Part shown: positions 12,899 to 22,816 of the stretch, piece by piece | Layout: each line of letters starts with the position of its first letter | Numbering within the stretch: the first letter of the stretch is position 1 | Assembly (NCBI GenBank): GCA_951406725.2 | Contig: OX597814.1 | Span: forward strand, 8,928,001-8,992,000 | Length of the DNA: 64,000 nt | Direction: 5' to 3' | Origin: Octopus vulgaris | Lineage: Eukaryota | The notes under the pieces: model-generated | Database searches by the model: none | Told to the model about the DNA's origin: nothing | Seen by the model: the letters and a program-made list of their open reading frames with translations, nothing else | Position numbers and translations under genes: made by a program

Positions 12899-13914
12899 CA
12901 GTCAACTCTCGCTACTATGCCACCCTGCGGGACTGAGCCAAAGTGACATAGTACCGAGAGTGGCATAGTACCGAGAGTGGCATAGAACCAAGAGTGGCAT
13001 AGTACAGAGAGTGGCATAGTACCAAGAGTGGCATAGTACCGAGAGTGGCATAGTACCAAGAGTGGCATAGTACCGAGAGTGGCATGGTACCGAGAGTGGC
13101 ATAGTACCGGGAGTGGCATAGTACCGAGGGTCTGCTATCTAAACACTACATAACCAAAAATTTACTGAACATACGAATAAAAATTCATAGGGTAGGAAGT
13201 AAGGCCAATAAGAAGTTCAATGCAATGGTAAAAAGAAGACATCCAAGTTTATTAAGTTGAGATTGCTTTTAGTTAATCCCGAAGCTCTCAAAAATTGTCA
13301 GCTGACGCATCTTCTTTCGGTGGATTTCATTCATTTCGTTGTCTAGCCTATCACACGCCTGCATGACGCTGGGTTTTCCGCTGCTCTGCTGCTGCATAAA
13401 CTTTCGGATAGTGCTCCATGCTCTCTGGGCATCTGCAAACGAAACGTATTCCTCTTCCACAATTACTCGTCGTCTTCACTTTCCACCGGCTCTTCATTAT
13501 GCATTACCTCCTTTGCTATTTCTTCTAGAGTGAAACATGTCAGACAATACAAGGGGCGGTAACTTGTATCAGACATTACTAATGATACGAGGGGCCCGAC
13601 AATAATGTTTTTCGCAGCATCGATAATCTCCTTCTTTTCCTTCAGCGTAAACTCAGTCCGCTTGCGTTTCTGAGCTGACATTGTGTGCTACTTTCTGAAC
13701 TTTTCCACAAGATTACAAACACGAAATGTACAAAATGTAGGAGTACAAAATTTCGGAAAGTTGCGTGTGCTTCAGTTAACAAGTGGCATAGTAGCGAGAG
13801 TTGAGGGTGGCATAGTAAAAATTTTTTGTTTATTATTTGGCCGGGACCACGCAAAACTGGCATAGTAGCGAGAGTGGCATAGTAGCGAGGTGGCATAGTA
13901 GCGAGAGTTGACTG
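12899..13914 (-). mobile_element. Internally deleted pogo/Tigger-like DNA transposon
   Basis: Perfect TIRs CAGTCAACTCTCGCTACTATGCCACC with TA TSD. CENP-B-type N-terminus MSAQKRKRTEFTLKEKKEII and Tigger-like C-terminus KMRQLTIFESF. Confidence 0.88.
12943..13128. repeat. About 10 tandem 19-bp repeats (gtggcatagtaccgaga-based) inside the pogo element
   Basis: Direct reading; the unit resembles the inner TIR sequence. Confidence 0.92.
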
Positions 13915-14099
13915 TACCTTGGAATAAATGAGGGTTCTGGCATTCAGCATGCAAGAATGAAAGAGAAGGAATGGTAAAGGTGAGTTCAAGCAGTCCTAAA
14001 ATCCAAGTTAAATGCAAATAACAAAGTGTTAGCTATGAAATCCTTAGCAGTTCCTGTTGTTATTTATAGTTTCGGATCAATTATCATTTGCCTATCATG

Positions 14100-15215
14100 G
14101 TCTGGTAAAGATCGGATTGTGGATTTATTACCACGCCATGCCTCTGCCACTCACGCCTAATGAATGGCTTTTGTCCCTCCATGTCTAAGATCATAGGCCT
14201 CAGCTCTGACAATGCAACAATTGTGTTTCGCATTGTAGAATTGGTTGAGCGCCACTCTCACTACAAGCACATCGGTTATAATGTTTTTTCTAAAAGCCTC
14301 GTCTAACTTTACTAGCTCTGCTTCTACTCATTTTCTTTCTACTGCTAATCCTTTGCTAAAGGTTATCAATTCTACACTGACTGCCCTTTTCAGGGTGAAC
14401 AACCATTTATTACTGGCAATTGACCCTTTCAATACCCACTTAATTAATTCGCTAATCTGCACTCTGAAATCTCTGCACATCAGCAATGAAGTGTTCAGCT
14501 TCCAGTACCGGAGACCCTGTCTGTGAAGCCTTTCTAAGTCAACTGTACAGATCCCGAATTTGTGGTCTGTGTAGTCAACTACTTTAATATTGTCGATAAC
14601 CTATGCTGTCCCTATCTCCTTCTCTACCCTATCTAGATACGATCTGGAAGACCCAATGCCATACTGGCACATCAGTGAAATTCACTTGATACCTGTCAGA
14701 TATTTGAAATTATTTGAGCAGATTTGTGAGGCTGTTTCACCCTCCTATCTGCTAAACCCACACAGTCCCACTGTACATTTAAAATCCCATTCAAATCTCC
14801 CACTAACACTAAAGAGTGGGATGTTTCCAGGAAAGTTTCTAGATGCCTGAAGAAATCTGGTCATCCCACCCCTGTCGGGAAACAAGCCTGGACAGTATGT
14901 CCTTCATTGCTGATCTTATCCAGCACCATTGACTTATCTTCCAGGTCCAGGAAAACGGTCAGTATCACAAGATCCAGATTTTTTCAAAGCAACACAGCCA
15001 CTCCACTCCTTGCTTCCAGATGAATTGGAGATGCATACACCTCATAGTCATCGTGAATGGGTTGAAAGTCTTATGATTCAGATATTCTGGTTTCATTAAT
15101 GGTCACCACATCAACATTCAGTGCCCTGAGGTTGTTGAGCAGGCAACTCTGCTTCTGCAGTGACCCCAAGTCACATGCATTCACAGTGACTATTCTGAAT
15201 GTGACAATATTGTTG
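14100..15215 (-). mobile_element. L1/Tx1-like LINE ORF2 5' fragment (APE endonuclease), decayed
   Basis: Minus-strand translation RIVTVNACDLGSLQKQSCLLNNLRALNVDVVTINETR..SGVAVLL matches the APE N-terminal pattern. Confidence 0.6.
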
Positions 15216-15302
15216 GGAGAATAATAGGAATGAAAAAAAACTTACCTGGTTTTTAACATTATTTACATTTGACGGATATTTGTCCTCATCTTGTTTGTTG
15301 TT

Positions 15303-15348
15303 AACACAATGTTTCGGCTGATATACCCTCCAGCCTTCATCAGGTGTC
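15303..15348 (-). ncRNA. Minimal type-I hammerhead ribozyme motif
   Basis: GACAC-CUGAUGA-A-GGCUG(gaggguauau)CAGCC-GAAA-CA-UU-GUGUU: conserved core, 5-bp stem II, stem I GACAC/GUGUU. Confidence 0.75.
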
Positions 15349-15425
15349 TTGGGGAAATTTCAAACCTGAGTTCTCATTCCTGAGGTGTTTTTCGATGTTA
15401 TTATTATTATTATTATGAGTGTTCA

Positions 15426-15497
15426 GGTCACTGCTTGGAATCGAACTTGGAATCTTGAGGTTAAACACTACACTCTTAAACACTATGCCATATGCCC
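15426..15497 (-). other. Degenerate tRNA-like head in the Penelope 3' region
   Basis: Reverse complement of 20075-20147. Confidence 0.6.
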
Positions 15498-16154
15498 ATG
15501 GGCAATTATGGAGTGAATTTTAGGGCTTATAAATCTAATATTCTCCTATCCTTCCTTAATACCGGTTCCCATATGCTACTCATATCTGCGCTCAGTCTGC
15601 TTTGGAGGTTGTTGTGTCCTAGCATATGTGCTGCTTCTTTTAGTTTTCATATTTTCCAGTGGCATTCTCTGTCTATTATTTTAGCTTCATCCCAAAGGGG
15701 GAGGTGGTCTCTATTTTTCCATGCATAATCAACTATACCTGATTTATCAATATCTCCTCGTGTCACAGCTTTGCGATGTTCATCTACCCTTATTTTGAGG
15801 GAGTGGCATGTTTCATATTTGTATAACCTACCACAGCTACATGGGATGGAGTACACACAGTCTTTGATCATATTCTCTTCTATTGGTGGTTTTACTCGAA
15901 GGAGATATTTGCAAAGTGTTGTATTACTCTTGAACACTGTCCTGATGTCATATGGGCCACACATCTTTTGTATCTTTCCGGAGAGGCCTTTCACATAGGG
16001 TAGACAAACTGTGGACAGTTTATCGGTTTCATCCCCTCTCTTCTTCATAATTGGAGTGGATAGTATATAGTTTTGGGGTAGTTGTTGCTTAACAGATTGT
16101 TATTGAGCTTGATCATTTCTTCGTGGTGTGAATCAGGATTACTACTTATATGTC

Positions 16155-19077
16155 TTGCAAACAACTTGCACATGCAAGTGCTACCAGTCAAAAGCTTCAT
16201 ATACCGGAAGCCAGCAAGTGTATGGGGTCATCAGGAGAGAATGCGCGCCGTTTCAGGGCCTACCTCTCGACGGCATCAATGCGCACCAGCCCCACACACT
16301 GATATGAGGCCCCGCTTGCTAGATCAGCTGGTTATGAAGAACTCAATATACTTCTAGCCATCGCTCATCGTCTCTTTTTAACCAAATCCAGTGGCTAGCC
16401 TTCTCCACTGTAGATTGGATATCAGTCATGGTGATATAGACTTTACGATGAGTTAGGCCTAGCGATACCAACAGTCGTCTCACACTGTGTCCAACAAACC
16501 CTCTACATCTGACTTCGATAGGAAAATGTTCCGCTTTCCAGCCTGCGTCTTCACATTCCTCGAGGAGGTTTTCATAACGGTTCAATTTCCGAGCCCGAGC
16601 GGCATCCATATTATCTTCATGAGGAACCGTTAGCTCGACTATATTTACAACTTTCTTTCTTTCACACCACATCAAAATATCTGGTTTTTTCGAAACTGGG
16701 ATGGGAAAGAAAACCTGGCACCCAGGTAAATCTGCAGTTACCTCCCAATAGCCGTTCCACTTTACATTTTTCTCAGGAAATTTCCTGATCTTCTTGAAAT
16801 GGATCCGCTGACCTGGTCACACGAAGGTAATGAAATCTCTTGATGGTACTTTTAACAGTTTTTCCTCAGTGTTGTTGAGATGAATTTGGTTCTTTATAGC
16901 ATTGAAGATAACCTTAAGGACCAAGTTGTGCCTCCATGTGTACCTGTTCAATGCTAATGAACAGTTGGAAAGAATATGTTTTAGTGTACCGACCTTTCCA
17001 CATTTGCAGATGTCATTCTCTAAGACGTTCCATCTTACTAGATTCGTAGGTGATGGCAAAACATCATAAGATGAACGAATCAGGAAACTCAGCCAAGATG
17101 TCGTCCACTTCCACATCTCATCCCAACTTATCTTCCTCTCAACAACATGTTCTTCCCATCTCGTCATCTGACCTTGATGAACACATCGGATCAAATGAAG
17201 CTCTCTTCTCTTGTTTTGACGCTGTTGCTAACAACAGATCTGCATTCACTCCGCATCATGCTTGCAAATGGTCTGAACTGATCTGCGCCAAAACCAAGTC
17301 CTTTCCGATGGTTCTACATTGCTCCCACCATATCTCTGGGTATTAGAGAAGAAAAGGTGTCATCAGTTTCTGCTTCTGCTTTCCACTTCCTGGCTGTTTT
17401 CATCTCTGGTGGGTTACGCCTGATTTCCATATCCTTCAATTCTCTCAGCATCATGACCATCTGTATCTTCCCCTGCTTATATATTTCGACTATTGATGCT
17501 ATTGGTAGCTGCAACAAACCTCTTTTACAATAAAGAGCTGAGCTGTTCAACAAACGAGGTAGGTCTAGCCACTTTCTAATGAACGAATTACATTTTTGTT
17601 CAATCCTTTCAATTCGTGACAATGCTACTTCGTATATTAAAAGTGACCACGCAAGTCGCGGGTACAAGCCGAACTGCAAGCACTAAATTTTATATTTACC
17701 TGGTAACTTCGAATTATCAATCACTGATAACCCAGCCTCGGCCTGTTTCGTAATTTCATCCCATGACTTCTGCCTGACAATGTTCCAGCGTATATTCGTC
17801 CCAAGCTCTTGACGGGCTCTTCCTTGACTGTTCGAATGCTTTCTTCAGATATTCGAAACTTAAATTCTTTCTGCACTCCCTTAACAAATGTCAGACTACG
17901 CGACTTTTTTGCTCTAAATCGCATCCTTGACCACCTTACAAGTTCGTCTAATCTCAAGAGGGCATTCTGCATGATTTGTTTATCTGTAGCTAGAAGTGTC
18001 ACGTCATCCATGAAGGCTTTCTTAGGCGATTGTACATGGGTCATTTGTTCCGAAATATCTACACCTTTCAAAATCAACTCCATGACTAAGATAAACCACG
18101 TGACAGATATTGTACAGCCAGGTGACAGATATTGTACAGCAGGTGCCAATCTGTTGTAAAATTTCCAGTTGTAAACCTCATTTCGAAACTGTCATAGTAC
18201 ATCCTCATTATTTTGATCACTTTGTCAGGAATGTAGAAGTAGTCCATGGCTGTTATTAGTAATTCGTGTGGCACTGAACCATACGCGTTAGCTAGGTCGA
18301 GCCATACCACGTTCAGACTTTTCTTGTTCTGTTTGGCATCCTAGATCACTTTCCAAATCGAAAAACAGTGTTCAACGCATCCAGGGATCCTGGGGATTCC
18401 GGCCTTTTGAACAGATTCATCAACATATCCGTTACTCTGTAAATATGCCACTGTTCTCCTCGACAGAATTCCCATAAAGATCTTGCCTTCCACATTCAAT
18501 AAGGATATCGGCCTAAACTGTTTTATGGTCTTTGCATTGGCCTCTTTCGGCAGGTATATACCTTCTGCCTTACACCAATCTTCTTCTATAGTCTCCTCGT
18601 GCCACAGTTGTTGGAGTAGGACGAAGAGCTTCTTTCGCAGATGATTGCAGTATTTGTAGACTTTATATGAGATGCCATCACCTCCTTGGGTAGTCTTTGC
18701 TCTAGTTTTTCTTATGAAGTCATTCACCTCTCACTCCCTGATGTCCCCAATCTGGAATTCGATATCAGGTCCTCAGAGATGATTTAGCCCATGTAGAGGT
18801 GGCAGCGGCTGGTTACGGTGTGGATCACTGTAGGTTTCCTTAATATGAGCATCCAATTCTTCTTTAGTGCACGATAAAGTACCACTCTTCTGTTCAGTGA
18901 ACAGCTTCTTAGTAAACCCATACGGGTCCTTCAGAAACTGCCCCCGAGTCCTTTTACTTTCTTTTCGACGCTAATATCAGCGGATATGTCATTGCACATA
19001 ACGACATTTCCTCTTCAAATTGTTATACAGCAGCGCAAGGCCAGGTTTCTCATCTAGTGCAGCACATCTCCATCGCT
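16155..19077 (-). mobile_element. 5'-truncated HERO/NeSL-like RLE LINE, decayed
   Basis: RT fragments (FRPISLLNVEGKIF, WLDLANAYGSVPH, FMDDVT), C-x-C..H..C knuckle, RHN, and PDI..ELTVPHE..RK..RY..PIEV.CRGF. Confidence 0.8.
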
Positions 19078-20074
19078 TTTAGGCACTGAGCAATCCCTTT
19101 CTTTACACTGTATGGATGGTGAGAATTGAAGTTGAGGTATTGTCCAGTAAAGGTCAGCTTGTGGTATACACATCTTTATACTCTGGCCCCACCAGGAATA
19201 TGTCCAAGTGCTGTTAGATCATGTGAACTCAATAAAGCCATCCATACAGTTCACAAGGGAAAACGAAAAAGACAATCAGCTAGCATTCCTGGACGCATTA
19301 ATAACACACACCAAGTATGGATTCAGGACATCCGTATACCGCAAGCCGACCTTCACTGGACGATACCTCAACTTCAATTCCCACTATCCATACAGTGTAA
19401 AGAGAAGGATTACTCAGTGCCTAAAACATTGTGCAAAGAATATAAGTAGCGATCATGATACACACCACGAAGAAATGATCAAGCTCAATAACAATCTATT
19501 AAGCAACAACAACCCCAAAACATACTATCCACTCCAATTCTGAAGAAAAGAGAGGATGAAATCAATAAACTGTCTGCAGTCTGTCTACCCTATGTGAAAA
19601 GGCCTCTCCGAAAAGATACAAAAGATATGCAGCCCATATGATATCATAACAGTATTCAAGAGTAATACAACACTTCTCAAAACCACCAATAGAAGAGAAT
19701 ATGACTAAGAATTGTGTGTACTCCATCCCATGCAACTGTAGAAGGTTATACAAAGGCGAAACATGCCGCCCCCTCAAAATAAGGGTAGAGGAACATCGCA
19801 AAGCTGTGACATGAGGAGATATTGATAAATCGGGTATAGCTGATCATGTATGGAAACATGGAAACCACCGCCTCCTGTGGGATGAAGTTAAAATAATAGA
19901 CAGAGAATGCCACTGGAAAATATGAAAACTAAAAGAAGCAGCACATATGCTAGGACACAACAACCCCCTAAGCAGACCAAGTGCAGATATGAGCAGCATA
20001 TGGGAACCGGCATTAAAGAAGGATAGGGAAATATTAGATTTATAAGCCCTAAAATTCACTCCATAATTGCCCCA

Positions 20075-20147
20075 GGGCATATGGTGTAGTGGTTAAGAGC
20101 GTGGGCTATTAACCCCAAGATTCCGAGTTCGATCCCAAGCAGTGACC
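20075..20147 (+). other. tRNA-like Pol III promoter module (not a functional tRNA)
   Basis: A box TGGTGTAGTGG, anticodon-arm-like GGG-ctattaa-CCC, B box GAGTTCGATCC; acceptor stem does not pair well. Confidence 0.7.
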
Positions 20148-20304
20148 TGAACACCACCACCACCACTACTACTATTACCACCACTACTACTATTATTACT
20201 ACTACTACTAATAATAATAATAATAATAATATCAACAATAATAATAATAATAATATAGAAAAAAATACCGTAGGAATGAGAACCCAGTTTGAAAATTTCC
20301 GCAA

Positions 20305-20348
20305 GACACCTGAAGAAGGCTGGAGGGTATATCAGCCGAAACGTGTTA
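20305..20348 (+). ncRNA. Hammerhead ribozyme motif (3-nt deletion at the stem III/I junction)
   Basis: GACAC-CUGAAGA-A-GGCUG..CAGCC-GAAA-CGUGUU. Confidence 0.65.
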
Positions 20349-20849
20349 ACAAGAAACAAGATGAGGACAAATATCCGTTGAATGTAAATAATTTAAATAA
20401 TGTACAGAATTCCTCATCTCTTAAATATAGAACTGTATTACTTGGTTTCGTTTGGAGGGGCAGGTTGTCTCCCCTACCCTCACCCCAATGGATTGGGTTG
20501 TTTGCTCCAAACAAATATTCTCTTGGTGATAATTCTTTGAAAACTTCCTGTGGAAATAGGGTTTTTAGCTGTTTGTTGTTTGAACGATATGCATGTGTGT
20601 AGGTAGGGAGATTGTGGGTGTAACAAAATGTTCTTCTGTTATGTTGGTATGTAATTCATGAGATCTGCATTTTTGAGTTAATTGCTATCTACTTTGTAAT
20701 GGTGCTGTCTTTACTTTGTAATTGCTGCTGCTGCAACTCCTGCTGTTGTTGTGTGTGGTGTTGTTGGTTGAGGATGTCCTCTCAACTTGCCCCAAACCAA
20801 TATGAGTTGTGGTGACATGATCAGGTTACAAAAGTGCTACATTGGAAAG

Positions 20850-21330
20850 TGTGAGGAAAGTTGGGGTTAGAGGGAAGCAAAACATGGTACAAACAGAAAC
20901 CACAGAGAATCAGAGACCTGTAAAATCTTGTGGGATTTTTCAATGCAGAATGGGCCAAGTGCTTGAGTACAACAAGCCAGGCCTGGTCGTTGTGGACAAG
21001 GTGAACCACATGTGCTCTATAACTGATGTTGCATATGCCTTTGACCCACAATTAGTTAGGTGAACAAGTAGACAATCCTCTTAAATGTGCTTGACGTGAA
21101 AGATGGAGATAATTCTAATTATTATTGGGGCCCTGGGGACAGTATCAGAAGATATTAAGAGGAAATGAGGACAGAGCGCCGAGTAGAGCTGTTACCAAAA
21201 GTCTGCCTCCTTGTCACAGCCATTATCATCAAGAAAATATTACATGGCTGAACAGAAGAGATAGCATGGTACCGTAGGCTGCGGATAGCAAGCCTCCAGG
21301 AGTTCCAACAAAACCTGAATTAAAACAATG
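20850..21330 (+). mobile_element. R4/Dong-type RLE 3' fragment (divergent family)
   Basis: LEYNKPGLVVVDK..ITDVAYAFD..IIIGALGTV..LLPKVCLL. Confidence 0.6.
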
Positions 21331-21387
21331 CTAATAACTGACTCTGATAAGTAGACTAGACAAAGAGAGGAGAGAAAAATTACTTAC

Positions 21388-21619
21388 CATTTGCCTCTTT
21401 AAAACTTACAATGTAAGTATCAGAGGTTTGTTTTGAACTGAAGAAATATCTCCACCAGAACTTTTTTTCTGTCTTCAAAATATCTTTGAAGACTCTCAGA
21501 GCTGACATTTGAAGAAACGTTTTTCACTTGAACACTGTTTATTTCCTTAATTCTATCCACTTTCAGTTGATTTCCTTTTAAGGGGTTGTTTTGGCACATC
21601 CTCTGAACATACTCAAAAT
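21388..21619 (-). pseudogene. PARP14-type RRM exon with two apparent frameshifts
   Basis: ttgcAG acceptor and GTAAGT donor. Reads DFEYVQRMCQNNPLKGNQLKVDRIKEINSVQVKNVSSNVSSESLQRYFEDRKK / SSGGDISSVQ / SDTYIVSFKEAN, matching the PARP14-like YFE..SGG motif. Length 232 nt. Confidence 0.7.
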
Positions 21620-21776
21620 CTGCAATAAATACAATGAATGGAAATACATTTTGGTAAAAGAATCAAATTGAAGTCAATTTACTGATGCTTTAATACATTT
21701 TATGATTTTGAGAATTCTTCAAATTTGGAGATTTTAGCATTAAAATGCAGTTCCAATTATTTAATAACTCCATATA

Positions 21777-22207
21777 GGCACAGGTGTGGCTGTGTGGTAA
21801 GATGGTTGCTTCCCAGCCATATGGTTTGGGTTCAGTCCCACTGTATAGCACTTGGAAAAAATGTATTCTACTATAGCCTTGGGTTAACCAAAGCCTTATG
21901 AATGGATTTGGTGGACGAAGACTGAAAGAAGCCATTTGTCTGTCTGTCCGTCTGTATGTTACTGTCTCCTTGCCTGTTGTAAACGAGTGTCCCTGTTATA
22001 CAAGCAGTGTCCTTTCATTTCCAATCTTCCTTAAAACATGTCTGGTCACTGGGAAACATTACCTTACTTGGAAATAGGTGAGGGTTGGCAACAAGAAGAG
22101 CATCCAGCTGCAGAAAATCCAACTCATCATCAAATTTTGTCCAACCCATGCAAGCATGGAAAAGCAGACGTTAAAACAGTGATGATGATGATGGTGATGA
22201 TGATGAT
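21777..22207 (+). mobile_element. tRNA-head SINE with an RTE-derived tail ending in (GAT)n
   Basis: Head tggctgtgtggtaag..ggttcagtccc; tail ccaacccatgcaagcatggaaaagcagacgttaaa shared with the RTE copies. Confidence 0.8.
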
Positions 22208-22349
22208 GTGTCCTTTAGTTAATGTTTACTCATCCTTAAATGTAAAAGGTATTTCTATTTAGGGATAACTAAAGTGAAAAATATACAAAATAAAATTTGA
22301 TCAAGTAGATTTATGACAAAAGACAATCCAGTCATGACCATTCCAATAT

Positions 22350-22545
22350 GTAAAGCCAGCAATTTAGAGGGAAGGGTTAGTTGATTGCATCGACCCCAGT
22401 ATTCAGCTGGTATTTATTTTTTTGAACCCTGAAAGGACGAAAGGCAAAGTTATTCTCAGCAGAATTTGAACACAGAGCATGAAGACAGATGAAATGCAGC
22501 TAAGCATTTTGTCCAGCATGCTAACAATTCGACCAGCTGGCCACC
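22350..22545 (-). mobile_element. tRNA-derived SINE (family parental to the satellite)
   Basis: Homologous to 7295-7495 and to the satellite unit. Confidence 0.8.
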
Positions 22546-22816
22546 TTCTTCCATTCCAATATTTATTGAAAGTTATCAAAGCAAGAAGCAGTGTGTTAAA
22601 TATACTTGCTGCTCTCGCTTTTTTTTTCTATGAACTTTTTGGTAATATAAAGAATCCAGAAAATATTAAGAAATGTTTAATCCTTGAACATTTAAGCAAA
22701 CCATATCTGGCCTCTCACACCAACCCTACAACATCGTTCTGAAAATTAACATTTAGCTCATCAAAATCTCAAAGCTATGAGATAATACATTATTAATTCA
22801 AAACAATCTGAATAAA

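Larger units (their letters stand above)
11645..14072 (+). mobile_element. Older degenerate copy of the same Dong-like LINE (RT region), split by a pogo/Tigger element
   Basis: Fragments 12376-12654 and 12688-12900 align with the 922-aa ORF. Sequence resumes at 13915 (YLGINEGSGIQHA). Confidence 0.88.
15250..19180 (-). mobile_element. Penelope-like element (family 1), inverted arm, interrupted by a HERO-like LINE
   Basis: GIY-YIG ORF 15647-16048 (CVYSIPCSCGRLY..RVDEH). 15250-16150 and 19078-19175 are reverse complements of 19330-20400. Confidence 0.88.
19181..20433 (+). mobile_element. Penelope-like element (family 1), 5'-truncated: RT thumb + GIY-YIG + 3' terminal repeat
   Basis: ORF 19208-19543 (SIQFTRENEKDNQLAFLD..VYRKPTFTGRYLNFNSHYP), followed by a CVYSIPC..YKGET..RVEEH GIY-YIG domain. 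Confidence 0.9.

Noticed and set aside
12841-13119. Repetitive ORFs (LCHSRYYATLGTMP)n
   Set aside because: Translation of the 19-bp tandem repeat.
16215-16265. Possible hammerhead in the HERO 3' UTR (GAAA..CUGAUGA on the minus strand)
   Set aside because: The flanks cannot form stem II.
20075-20147. Functional tRNA gene
   Set aside because: Acceptor and T stems pair poorly, and it is embedded in a transposon.
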